A stretch of DNA of 64,000 nucleotides from Candidatus Dormiibacterota bacterium (GTDB taxonomy: Bacteria; Chloroflexota; Dormibacteria; Aeolococcales; Aeolococcaceae): the NCBI GenBank assembly GCA_963718525.1, contig OY970355.1:1472001-1536000 (forward strand). Direction: 5' to 3'. Shown in pieces: positions 48,076-57,636 of the stretch. The notes below the pieces were generated by a model. The model did no database searches. It worked only from the letters and a program-made list of their open reading frames with translations, and was not told the origin of the DNA. The translations under genes were made by a program, and so were the position numbers. Each line of letters begins with the position of its first letter. The first letter of the stretch is position 1.

Positions 48076-49461
48076 ATGGCCACTGCAGTAGCGCAATTTC
48101 GCTCCGTCAATCCCGCAACCGGCAAGGAAATCGAGGTCTTCGACATCACCGCGGGAGGTCAGGTCGACGCGGCCTTGCAGCTCGCCGCCGCCCGCGCACC
48201 GCGCTGGGCGGCCACGCCGATGGCGGCACGCGCCCAGCTGTTGCACGACCTCGCCGCGGTGTTGCGTCGCGACGCCGACCTCCTCGCCGCGACCAGCACG
48301 GCGGAGATGGGCAAAACGCTTGCGGAGGCGCGCGCTGAGGTGGAGAAATGCGCATTCGGCTGCGACTACTTCGCGGACAACGCCGCGCAATTCCTTGCGG
48401 ACGAGCCGTCGCCCAGTGACTCCCCGGCAAGCTTCATCACGTTCGAGCCGCTCGGAACGGTCCTCGCCTGCATGCCCTGGAACTTCCCGTACTGGCAGGT
48501 GATTCGCTGCTTCGCCCCGGCGGTCGCCGCCGGCAATTGCGTGGTCCTGAAGCACGCGAACAACGTCACCCGCTGCGCGCTGCGCCTGGCGGATGCCATC
48601 CGGGACGCGGGGTTTCCCGAAGGCGTGTTCGCGGTGCTGATCATCCCCGTCGACATGGTCGGCGGGGTCATCGCGGATCCCCGGATCAACGCCGTGAGCC
48701 TCACCGGCAGCACCGAAGCGGGCCGGAGCGTTGGCAGCATCGCGGGTGCGCACCTCAAGAAGAGCGTGCTCGAGCTCGGTGGCTCGGACGCGTTCGTCGT
48801 CCTCGACGATGCAGACATCCCCGCTGCCGCCGCGATGGCTTCGAAGTCGCGGTTCCAGAACGCGGGTCAGAGCTGCATCGCGGCGAAGCGGTTCATCGTT
48901 GCGGAGTCCGTCGCCGAGGATTTCGAGCAGCGCCTCGCAGCAGAAGCGCGGGCGATCAAGGTTGGTGACCCCACAGATCCGGCGACCACCATGGGCCCGC
49001 TCGCGCGGAGCGATCTGCGGCGCAGCCTCCGCCGCCAGCTCGACGAAAGCGTCGCGGCCGGCGCCGAGATCATCCACGGTGGGAATGCGCCGGACGGCCC
49101 CGGCTTCTACTTCGAACCGACGGTGATCCGTCGATGCACCGTTGACATGGCCGCGTTCACCGAGGAGACCTTCGGGCCCCTTGCTGCGGTCATGCGCGTT
49201 CGCGACGACGATGAGGCCGTGGCTGTCGCGAATCACACCACCTTCGGTCTGGGCGGCAACGTCTGGAGCGGCGATCCCGACCGCGGGCTCGCGGTCGCGT
49301 CGCGCATGCACACCGGCGGCGTCTTCATCAATGGCATGACCCACTCCGATCCGCGCCTTCCGTTCGGTGGCATCGGCGAGTCCGGATACGGACGCGAGCT
49401 GCATCGCTACGGCCTCCGCGAGCTCGTCAACATCAAGACCGTGTGGCGCCCCGCCGGCTGA
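48076..49461 (+). CDS. NAD(P)-dependent succinate-semialdehyde dehydrogenase family
   Basis: MPWNFP, LKHA, ELGGSD, NAGQSCIAAKR, EETFGP. Confidence 0.9.
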   Translation: MATAVAQFRSVNPATGKEIEVFDITAGGQVDAALQLAAARAPRWAATPMAARAQLLHDLAAVLRRDADLLAATSTAEMGKTLAEARAEVEKCAFGCDYFADNAAQFLADEPSPSDSPASFITFEPLGTVLACMPWNFPYWQVIRCFAPAVAAGNCVVLKHANNVTRCALRLADAIRDAGFPEGVFAVLIIPVDMVGGVIADPRINAVSLTGSTEAGRSVGSIAGAHLKKSVLELGGSDAFVVLDDADIPAAAAMASKSRFQNAGQSCIAAKRFIVAESVAEDFEQRLAAEARAIKVGDPTDPATTMGPLARSDLRRSLRRQLDESVAAGAEIIHGGNAPDGPGFYFEPTVIRRCTVDMAAFTEETFGPLAAVMRVRDDDEAVAVANHTTFGLGGNVWSGDPDRGLAVASRMHTGGVFINGMTHSDPRLPFGGIGESGYGRELHRYGLRELVNIKTVWRPAG

Positions 49462-49488
49462 GAGGCGCGACGCGATGAGCCCACGCAC

Positions 49489-49698
49489 GTGAGCCACGTC
49501 GCCGAGGAGGCGAGGGCCCTCGGGTTGCGGTTGCAGTCGCGCCGGTGGGACGATCCGCCGCACACGCTCGACACGATGGACACGGCGATCGCCGAGCTCG
49601 CCGCGCTGCGACACATCGCCGTCGACTCGGACGACCTGCTCGCGCTGCAGGACGTGCTTGCCGAGCTCAGTGAGATGCGCCGCCAGCTGGACGTCTGA
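49489..49698 (+). CDS. Hypothetical protein
   Basis: 69-aa helical ORF filling the intergenic space. Confidence 0.5.
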   Translation: MSHVAEEARALGLRLQSRRWDDPPHTLDTMDTAIAELAALRHIAVDSDDLLALQDVLAELSEMRRQLDV

Positions 49699-49717
49699 CG
49701 CTCATGGCTCCTGAAGG

Positions 49718-50822
49718 ATGAGCGTCACCGACAGCGTCCAGATCGCGATCGGCGCCGTGATCGTCCTTGTGGCGGTGTATGACGTCTTCCAGTCCGTGGT
49801 CATGCCGCGCCCGGCGGTGGGCAGGGTGCGGCTGAGCTTCACGCTCATCCGCGGAGCCTGGCGTGTGTGGCACAAGGTGGCGCAACGTCCCAAGCGGCTG
49901 CAGATCAGGGAAACCGCGCTCGCGGCCTTCGCACCGTTGATGCTCGTGACGCTGCTGGTGCTGTGGGGGTCGGCGCTGATCCTCGGCTTCGCATTCATCT
50001 TCAGCGGACTCCACGATGGCCTCCAACCCCAGCCCGAACTCGTTCGGTACGACGTTCTACTTCTCGACCGGCACGATGCTCTCCTTCTCCGTCGACAATA
50101 TCGGGGCGACCGGCGTGGCGACGCGGGTGTTTGCCGCCATCGAGGCAGCGAGTGGCTTCGGGTTGTTCGCCCTGGTGATCAGCCTGCTGTTCTCGCTGTT
50201 CAGCTCCTTCCAGCAACGCGAGAAGGCGGTGGTCGCGCTCGATGCGCTGGCCGGAGCGCCACCCTCCGGGGTGCAGTTGCTGGAGACGTGTGCCAAGGAC
50301 GCCATGCCGGATGAGCTCATCGCGACCTTCGATGCATGGCGTTTGTGGACGGTGGATGTCATCGAGAGCCATCTCTCCTATCCATTGCTCTTCTACTTCC
50401 GGTCAAGCCACGACAACGAGGCATGGGCGAACTCCTTTGGTGCCGTCATGGACGCGGCCACCCTGGTGCTCAGCACCATCGACGGCGGACCGGTCGGGCA
50501 CGCGCGACTCATGTTCAAGGTCGGGACGCATTTCGTCGCCGACATGCGCGACCACTTCCACTACGAGGGCGAGGCGGTGCCTGGCGTTGAGCGCGAGGAG
50601 TTCCTCGAGGCGTGCGTCCGCCTCGAGCACGCGGGCTATCAGCTGCACAACCAGGACGCGGCGTGGGAGCACTTCAGCGACCTGCGCAGCAGATACGGCG
50701 CCTGGCTCAATCAGACGACAAAGGGCCTTGACGTCCCGCCGGCACCGTGGATCGGCGATCGTTCCTACCTGCCGCATCGCGAACGCCCGGCAGGGCGCCG
50801 CAGTCAGCGGCGCGTGGCCTGA
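49718..50822 (+). pseudogene. Potassium-channel-like membrane protein with an apparent +1 frameshift near 50033-50035
   Basis: N-terminal TM helices in one frame; FYFS pore-helix region, ESH.SYP.L.YFRS and DAA in the next frame. Confidence 0.7.
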
Positions 50823-50998
50823 GGGCTCACGCCGACATGTCCGTCGCAACGGCGCACCGGGAGGTGCGGGTAGCGCGGAAACCGCGGATCACGCTCCGAG
50901 AGTCCGCAGCGAATGAATGTGGAGCGCGCACCGGTCACCAGCCGCGCGTGGACGCAGGAACCACACAGGCCTGTGTCCGCTGGGGGCTTGACGACCAT
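50804..50998 (-). CDS. Small Cys-rich conserved hypothetical protein
   Basis: GLCGSCVHAR...RSTFIRC..S..DPRFPRYP.LPV..C. Confidence 0.65.
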   Translation of the reverse strand: MVVKPPADTGLCGSCVHARLVTGARSTFIRCGLSERDPRFPRYPHLPVRRCDGHVGVSPQATRR

Positions 50999-51048
50999 AT
51001 TGAACATGGTGCGCGTGGCGGTCGCACTAGCGCTTACCATGCGCGGGA

Positions 51049-51948
51049 ATGCCCGCCATCACTGTCACCGAGCATATCGACAAAGCCGTCCGCAAGATCG
51101 ACAAATCGACGGCGATCGACCACTGGGATCGCAACCTCGGGCGCTACGACGCAGAGGAGCTGATGACCGAGGTGCTGGGGCGGAGGCTCACGCGGGCCGT
51201 CCTCAACCTCGAGCTCGACGGCACATCGAAAAAGCGATACGCGGCAATGGTGGCACGTCGTGTCAACGGGGAGCCGATCCCTCGTATCAAAGGTCACCAC
51301 ACGTTTCGCGGCCTCGACATGCTCATCAGAGATGGAGTATTCGTACCCCGAGCGTCGAGTGAGCTGCTCGCGGTCGAGGCGATCAGGGCGTTGCGCCGGC
51401 GCCGCGGGCAACGTGTCGCCGTCGATGTGGCGACCGGTGCCGGACCGGTGGCGCTCGCGGTCGCGAACGAGGTGCGCAACGCCGACGTCTGGGGTGTCGA
51501 CATCTCCGCCGCAGCCACGAAGCTCGGTAAGGAGAACGCGCGACGCCTCGGGCTCGGCAATGCGCATTTTCGTGCGGGTGATCTTCTGGATGCGCTCCCG
51601 CGCCGGCTGCGCGGTGCGATCGATGTCTTCACGATTCACCCCCCCTATGTCCTGCGCGGGGACCTGAAGCAATTGCCCCGGGAGATCCGACAGTTCGAGC
51701 CGCTGCAGTCCCTCACGGACGGATCGGACGACGGTCTCGGATTGGTTCGCAGGCTCGCGACCGAGGCGCACGCCTGGCTCAGACCAGGCGGTGTCCTCCT
51801 CGTCGAGGTCGGCACGTATCTGTCGCGCAGGACTCAGGCGACGCTGCGGGCTGCGCGGCTCCTCGACGTCAGCTGGACGAAGGACGACCTCGGAGTCACG
51901 CGAGTGATATCCGGGCGCACGCCGAGGACCCCGCGACCGACCAGGTGA
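51049..51948 (+). CDS. HemK/PrmC-family methyltransferase (HPPY variant)
   Basis: RR..GEP, VFVPR..SE, DVATGAG, HPPY, EP..L..G.DG. Confidence 0.82.
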   Translation: MPAITVTEHIDKAVRKIDKSTAIDHWDRNLGRYDAEELMTEVLGRRLTRAVLNLELDGTSKKRYAAMVARRVNGEPIPRIKGHHTFRGLDMLIRDGVFVPRASSELLAVEAIRALRRRRGQRVAVDVATGAGPVALAVANEVRNADVWGVDISAAATKLGKENARRLGLGNAHFRAGDLLDALPRRLRGAIDVFTIHPPYVLRGDLKQLPREIRQFEPLQSLTDGSDDGLGLVRRLATEAHAWLRPGGVLLVEVGTYLSRRTQATLRAARLLDVSWTKDDLGVTRVISGRTPRTPRPTR

Positions 51949-51951
51949 TCG

Positions 51952-53115
51952 TCAGCCGGCCGGCGATGCCGGATCAGGCTCGGCCGCTCCCGTCGTACGC
52001 ACCGTCGGTCGTGGCCTGCCGGCCAGCTCGGTGGGCAGCTGCGGTTCCCTCCGAACCCCGGTGAGCTGCGAATCCAGCTCGTCGCTGCGCTCCGAGGATC
52101 GGATGAGCTGGTGTCGCAGCGCCTCCATCTCGTGCTCGAGCGTCACCTTGGCATCGATGACCCGCAGCAGCTCGTCGCGGAGCAGGGAAGCCTGCCGTGC
52201 CGGGTCAGGGTCGCTGGTGATGGCGGTGATGCGCGCCTGCTCGTGTTCGCGCCAGCGCGTTGCGAGCATCGTCGCCGTACCCTCCGGCGGCCGGTAGGAT
52301 CTCGCTCCCGCTTCGACCACGCGACGAATGATCGCAGGCCCGCTCGCAGTGTTGAGGCGCTGGCGGAGGTGCAGCGGATGACGCGGCGGCGGGTCGCTGA
52401 GCCGGAAGCGCGGCCAGTAGATGCGCACGGCACCGTCGTAGACGGAAAGCATGCCGAGCCGCTTGGTCAGTCGATGCGAATCCTCCACCCGAGGCATGAC
52501 GAAGACGTGCGCCAGCGCGCAGAGCTCGCGCGCGGTGAGTGTGGGATCGCCGGCTTCATTCGGATACACGCCGTCGTGCTCCTTGACGGCACTGAACACC
52601 ACGACCGGGAGGCGGCGTCCGGAGTCGAGGAGGCACGATTGCACGAAGGAGTCGATCTGGTCGCTTCCCATCACCACCTCGGGGACGGCATGCAGCAGTC
52701 GCGATCCCGCCCGCGCTCCCGCGCTCACGAAATCGTGGAGCAACGCGACCAACGGTGGCGCAAGCGGTGACGGTGGCACTCGAAGATGGCGCATGTCCTG
52801 CTCCACGGAGACACCCACCTCCACCGTGTCACCCGTGCGCACCGCGTCGACGGTTGTCAGCCAGAGTATCGACGGATCCCACTCGTCCGGTCGATTGACG
52901 CTGATGCGACACAGCGATCGTTCACCGCTGTCGAAGCGCACCACGTTGACCCCCAGGTCGTCTTCGCGAAATGCACCCTCAGCAAACACGTCCGCTTTAG
53001 TCTTAAGACCACTGGTTCCCCAGACCCACATTCGGTGAGTCGCAGCTTCGAAAAGCGCAACTCCGGTCACCCCCTTATGGTCGAGGGTGAGTCTCGCCCC
53101 GAGGGCGCGGAACAT
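51952..53115 (-). CDS. Hypothetical protein with C-terminal coiled coil
   Basis: 387-aa ORF; RRLPVVV, LAHV, VYDGAVRIYWP. Confidence 0.7.
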   Translation of the reverse strand: MFRALGARLTLDHKGVTGVALFEAATHRMWVWGTSGLKTKADVFAEGAFREDDLGVNVVRFDSGERSLCRISVNRPDEWDPSILWLTTVDAVRTGDTVEVGVSVEQDMRHLRVPPSPLAPPLVALLHDFVSAGARAGSRLLHAVPEVVMGSDQIDSFVQSCLLDSGRRLPVVVFSAVKEHDGVYPNEAGDPTLTARELCALAHVFVMPRVEDSHRLTKRLGMLSVYDGAVRIYWPRFRLSDPPPRHPLHLRQRLNTASGPAIIRRVVEAGARSYRPPEGTATMLATRWREHEQARITAITSDPDPARQASLLRDELLRVIDAKVTLEHEMEALRHQLIRSSERSDELDSQLTGVRREPQLPTELAGRPRPTVRTTGAAEPDPASPAG

Positions 53116-53121
53116 TGCTTG

Positions 53122-54597
53122 TCATCCTACATCGTCGATGGCGCCTCGCAGTGCCGCGATCACGCCGTGCGCATGACGCTGTTCCTGACGGAGATTGCCG
53201 AAGGCAACGCGGATCGCATACGCACCCCGCAACTTCGTGTGACTCACAAAGAAGCGTCCGCCGGTGTTGATGCGCTCCACGATGCGCTGGTTGAGCGTGT
53301 CGAGAGTCCCGGGATCATCCAGTCCCGGCGGATGTGCGCGCAGGCACACGACGCTCAAGGGTGCCGGCGCAAGCAGCTCGAAGTCGCGCTCTCCCTCGAC
53401 CCAGCGCGCCACGATCGACGCATACTCGCAATGCTCACGAATGCGTTGTGCGAGGCCCTCGGTGCCGAAGTGCCGGATGACCATCCACAGCTTGAGCGCC
53501 CGCATCCGCCTCCCGAGCGACGTTCCATAGTCCATGAGGTTCGGCGCGACCTGGTCCGAGCCGTCGGACGTGGTGAGGTACTCGGGCACGATCGAGAAGG
53601 CGTCACGAAGCACCTCGGGTCGCCGCGTCCACAGCACGCTGCAGTCGATCGGTGTGAAGAGCCACTTGTGTGGATTGACCACGATGGAGTCGGCGCGGTC
53701 CGCGCCGTCGAGGACCCAGCGCAGCTCCGGCGCGATCGCGGCCGCACCGCCATATGCCGCGTCGACATGGAGCCACAACCCGTGCTGCTCGCAGAGCGCC
53801 GCGATGGACGGTATCGGGTCGACGCTGGTCGTCGACGTTGTACCGGCGGTGGCGACGACCGCGAACGGCCGGATCCCGGCCGCGACGTCCTCGTGGATCG
53901 CCTGACGCAGCGCGACCGGGTCCATGCGGAATCGCTCGTCCACCGGGATCCGGCGCAACCCCTCCCTGCCCACCCCCAGCACGATGCCGGCCTTCTCGAC
54001 AGAGGAGTGCGCCTCCGTCGACGCGTAGTAGCGGAGGGGTGGCAGGTCAGCTCGCCCGGCCATCCCACGCTCGCGAATGCGCAGATCGGTCTGAGCCTCA
54101 CGCGCGGCCGCGAGCGCGTAGAGCGTGCTCGACGATGCGGTGTCGTTGATGACTCCGAACACGGGGTCGGGGAGCCCCACCATCTGACGGAGCCAGTCGA
54201 GGGTAACCTGCTCGAGCTCCGTCGCCGCCGGTGCTGTCCGCCACAGCATTGCGTTGACGTTGAATGCCGCGGCGATGGTCTCGCCGAGGATCCCCGGCCC
54301 CGAGCCACTCGACGCGAAGTACGCCATGAAGCCGGGGGACTGCCAGTGGGTCGTTGCCGGGACGATCAGCTCCTCGACATCGGCGAGGATCGCCTCGATC
54401 AACTCGCCGTGCTGCGGAGGTGATGGCGGGAGCCCGGCGCGCACCGTTCCCGGATCCGCGGGGGTCAGCACCGGAAAGCGCTCGACATCGCGAAGGTAGT
54501 CGGCCGTCCAGTCGGCGACACGGCGTGCGGCGAGGCGGTACGCCTCAGGTTCCATGTCGCCGCCGGTTCGCGACGGGATAGCGATGTCGCCAGACAT
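53122..54597 (-). CDS. Group II PLP decarboxylase (aromatic-L-amino-acid decarboxylase-like)
   Basis: HWQSP.FMAYF, PAATELE, AHSSVEKA, HVDAAYGG, NPHKW. Confidence 0.9.
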   Translation of the reverse strand: MSGDIAIPSRTGGDMEPEAYRLAARRVADWTADYLRDVERFPVLTPADPGTVRAGLPPSPPQHGELIEAILADVEELIVPATTHWQSPGFMAYFASSGSGPGILGETIAAAFNVNAMLWRTAPAATELEQVTLDWLRQMVGLPDPVFGVINDTASSSTLYALAAAREAQTDLRIRERGMAGRADLPPLRYYASTEAHSSVEKAGIVLGVGREGLRRIPVDERFRMDPVALRQAIHEDVAAGIRPFAVVATAGTTSTTSVDPIPSIAALCEQHGLWLHVDAAYGGAAAIAPELRWVLDGADRADSIVVNPHKWLFTPIDCSVLWTRRPEVLRDAFSIVPEYLTTSDGSDQVAPNLMDYGTSLGRRMRALKLWMVIRHFGTEGLAQRIREHCEYASIVARWVEGERDFELLAPAPLSVVCLRAHPPGLDDPGTLDTLNQRIVERINTGGRFFVSHTKLRGAYAIRVAFGNLRQEQRHAHGVIAALRGAIDDVG

Positions 54598-54694
54598 GTG
54601 GTCGGCAGATCGTGACGCTCAAGTGCCTGGGCGCGCTCGCATCACGCCGCAGGGCGACAACTGGCTCCCGTGCGCGCAGCGCTAGACTGGCACC

Positions 54695-56275
54695 GTGACC
54701 GCTTCACTGACCGTCGCCGACGTGATGCACAAACCGGCGGTGGTCGTTCCGACCACGATCACGCTGGCGGAAGCGTCGGTGATCCTGGACGGCGCAAACG
54801 TCGGTGCCGCGGCCGTGCTCGACCCCCAGGGACGGCTGCGCGGCATGGTCAGCGAACGAGATCTCCTCCGCTCGGTCGGTCACGGCGTCGACCCGGGCAC
54901 CGCGAAGGTGGAGGAGGTCATGACCAAGGACCCGGTCACGGTTTCGGTCACCGACACCGTGGAAAAGGGGCTCGAGGTCTTTCGGGAGCGTCGTTTCCGC
55001 CACCTCCCGGTGATGGATGGCGACCGGGTGGCGGGCATCCTCTCCATCCGCCACGTGGTTCGGGTCGCGCACATCGAAGAGGTTCAGCCGGCCGGCTCCG
55101 CGTTGCCGGGTCTCGCGCCGCGTGGCCTCGAGGGAGTCGCGGTGGCCGAGACAGCGGTGGGCGATGTCCGGGGTGAGGAGGGGTTCTTCCACTACCGCGG
55201 CTACAACGCCATCGAACTGGCGAGCAGGTGCTCGTTCGAGCAGGTCTGGCATCTCCTGCACCGCGGCGAGCTGCCGGATGATGCCCAGCTCAAGGCTTTC
55301 ACGAAGCTCGCCGTGGAGGCACGATCGATTCCCGACGAGGTGGCCGATCTGCTGCCGCGCATCGCCGCACTGCCCGGGTACACCCCGCTCATGGCGCTGC
55401 GCTCGGCGGTCTCGCTTGCAGGGGCGGCACTCGAGCAGAGGCCGACGCTCGACATCTCCGCCGAGGAGGTTCGCGAGGAAGCCCTGAAGATGGTGGCGAT
55501 CGTCCCGGTGCTGCTGATGCGGATGCACCGCCATCACCTCGGCCTCGAACCCGTCGAACCGGACCCGGACCTGAACTACGCAGGCGCGTACATCCAGATG
55601 CTCACCGGCGAGCGCCCCAATGCGCGAGCGACACGGGCGCTCGAGCAGTACCTGATCCTGACCATGGATCACGGGTTCAACTCCTCCACCTTCACGTCTC
55701 GTGTGATCACGTCGACGGGATCCGACATCGGTTCGGCCCTGACCGGCGCGATCGGTGCCCTCGCCGGCCCGCTGCATGGTGGGGCGCCTTCGCGGGCGCT
55801 CGCGATGCTCGATGCGATCGGTACTCCGGACAAGGCGGAGGAGTACCTGCGACGCGAGATCTCGGCCGGCGAGCGCCTGATGGGTTTCGGCCACCGCGTG
55901 TACAAAACCGACGACCCGCGCTCGACGCTGCTGCGCGAGGTGGCCATCGAGCTTGGCGGTCCGCAAGCCGAGTTCGCGGTGCAGGTCGAGAAGACGGCGC
56001 TGCGGGTGCTCAACGAACTGAAGCCCGGTCGCCGTCTGTACACGAACGTGGAGTTCTACTCGGGGGTGGTGATGAACAGTGTCGGCATTCCGCCGGACAT
56101 GTTCACACCCACATTCGCCTCGAGCCGCACGGTCGGCTGGACCGCGGCGATCATGGAACAGGCGTCCAACAACCGCCTCATCCGTCCCTCCGCGCTGTAC
56201 GTCGGACCCCAGCCGCCGCGCCTGCTCCCTGACGGGTACGGCGCTGCAATCAAGAGCGCTGAGCTCGCGCGCTGA
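54695..56275 (+). CDS. Citrate synthase / methylcitrate synthase with an N-terminal CBS pair
   Basis: CBS: GMVSERD, FRHLPV. Synthase: GLEGV, DHG.NSST, GPLHGGA, GFGHRVYK..DPR, NVEFY. Confidence 0.92.
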   Translation: MTASLTVADVMHKPAVVVPTTITLAEASVILDGANVGAAAVLDPQGRLRGMVSERDLLRSVGHGVDPGTAKVEEVMTKDPVTVSVTDTVEKGLEVFRERRFRHLPVMDGDRVAGILSIRHVVRVAHIEEVQPAGSALPGLAPRGLEGVAVAETAVGDVRGEEGFFHYRGYNAIELASRCSFEQVWHLLHRGELPDDAQLKAFTKLAVEARSIPDEVADLLPRIAALPGYTPLMALRSAVSLAGAALEQRPTLDISAEEVREEALKMVAIVPVLLMRMHRHHLGLEPVEPDPDLNYAGAYIQMLTGERPNARATRALEQYLILTMDHGFNSSTFTSRVITSTGSDIGSALTGAIGALAGPLHGGAPSRALAMLDAIGTPDKAEEYLRREISAGERLMGFGHRVYKTDDPRSTLLREVAIELGGPQAEFAVQVEKTALRVLNELKPGRRLYTNVEFYSGVVMNSVGIPPDMFTPTFASSRTVGWTAAIMEQASNNRLIRPSALYVGPQPPRLLPDGYGAAIKSAELAR

Positions 56276-56363
56276 TCTCGAGGTAACGTCGGCGTAACGG
56301 TCGCAACTTCGTTGGCGACCACCGAAACAACCTCGTCACCCAACCACAACGTTTGGCCGTTAC

Positions 56364-56597
56364 GTGTGGCGGATGCTGGTCCGCATGATCCCGGCATTTT
56401 TCCCAGCGTTGCTAGCCCTGGTGAGGTCGATGACCCTTCCCACCAGCCGGCGGCGCGATGACGAACGTGGTCAGGGGCTCGTCGAGTACGGGCTGATCCT
56501 CGTCCTGATCGCAATCGCGGTCATCGTGGTTGTCGGCGTGGTCGGACACCAGACCAACAACGTTTTCTCGAACGTCAGCAACGGCCTGAACGCCTAG
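56364..56597 (+). CDS. Flp/Fap type IVb pilin (start uncertain)
   Basis: ERGQGLVEYGLIL prepilin motif followed by a hydrophobic helix. Confidence 0.88.
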   Translation: MWRMLVRMIPAFFPALLALVRSMTLPTSRRRDDERGQGLVEYGLILVLIAIAVIVVVGVVGHQTNNVFSNVSNGLNA

Positions 56598-56666
56598 TGC
56601 TTGCGACCCTGCGCCAACGCAGGGATCGCTGCTCCGGACTGAGGGGGGCCGTCGCGGTGCGTAAGG

Positions 56667-57296
56667 TTGCGTTTCGTGGAACCGCTCCTCGCACACCACT
56701 CTCCCCACGGCGGCGTCGCGCTTGCCGGCGTCGTTCTCTGCGGCGGCCTGAGCACGCGAATGGGGATCGACAAAGCGACCATCTCCATGGATGGAGCGAC
56801 TCTGCTGGAGCGCGCAGTGACGCGTCTCGACGCTGTCTGCGATCCCGTGCTGATTGCGCCGGGTGACCTCCCGCACACGATCGCCGCACGGTCTGCGGTG
56901 GTCGATGCGGTGCCGGCGTCTGGACCGATGGGTGGCCTCGTGGCTGCGTTGCGCGCTTCGCCGCATCGACTGGTCGCAGTTGTGGCTGTTGACATGCCCT
57001 GGATCGACGCACGCCTGCTGGCGATGCTCGCCTCCCGTATCGGCAATCGAGACGTTGCGGCGTGCGAGACGGCGCGCGGTGTCGAGCCGCTCCATGCCGT
57101 GTACGCGACCTCCCTGCTACCCGCCGCAGAGGCCGCGCTCGCCGGGCCGGACAGGTCGCTTCGGAGCCTCATCGCACGGGCTCGCGCGGTCCGCGTCGCC
57201 GAGGCCGACTGGCGCGGGGCTGGTGTCTCGGACGGATTCGCCTGGAACATCAACACGCCCGAGGATCTCGAGGAGGTCAGCCGCTCTCGCCGATGA
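56667..57296 (+). CDS. mobA: Molybdenum cofactor guanylyltransferase-like
   Basis: LCGGLSTRMG.DKA, GPMGG, VDMP, EPLHAVY, NINTPED. Confidence 0.88.
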   Translation: MRFVEPLLAHHSPHGGVALAGVVLCGGLSTRMGIDKATISMDGATLLERAVTRLDAVCDPVLIAPGDLPHTIAARSAVVDAVPASGPMGGLVAALRASPHRLVAVVAVDMPWIDARLLAMLASRIGNRDVAACETARGVEPLHAVYATSLLPAAEAALAGPDRSLRSLIARARAVRVAEADWRGAGVSDGFAWNINTPEDLEEVSRSRR

Positions 57297-57561
57297 GGGT
57301 TCGAACCACCGCCGCGGCCTGATCGAGCGCGTCTGCTTCGGAGATGCCGGACCGGACGGCGTCCTGAACGAACCGGCCGATCAAGTAGGCGGCGAGCGGG
57401 GCATTCTGGCGTTCGGTCGTATGGGCGACGTCACGCGCGATGCGCAGCAGCTTTGCCCGGCCGCGAAGGTCGACCGCCTCGAAACCACCGGACTCGAGAG
57501 CCGCGCTCAGCTTCGACGCGAGTTCGATGAGCAGATCGTCGTTGCCGCTGACGTCGCTCAT
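57277..57561 (-). CDS. DUF6457-like protein (typically MobA-associated)
   Basis: LLRIARDVAH..ER..APL.AYL.G. Confidence 0.7.
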   Translation of the reverse strand: MSDVSGNDDLLIELASKLSAALESGGFEAVDLRGRAKLLRIARDVAHTTERQNAPLAAYLIGRFVQDAVRSGISEADALDQAAAVVRTLIGESG

Positions 57562-57636
57562 GGTGCGAACGATCTTGGCGGATGGGCGGCGCGGGCGGGA
57601 TCCACCGTCCTCATACCTGGTCGCTATCGTGGACGG

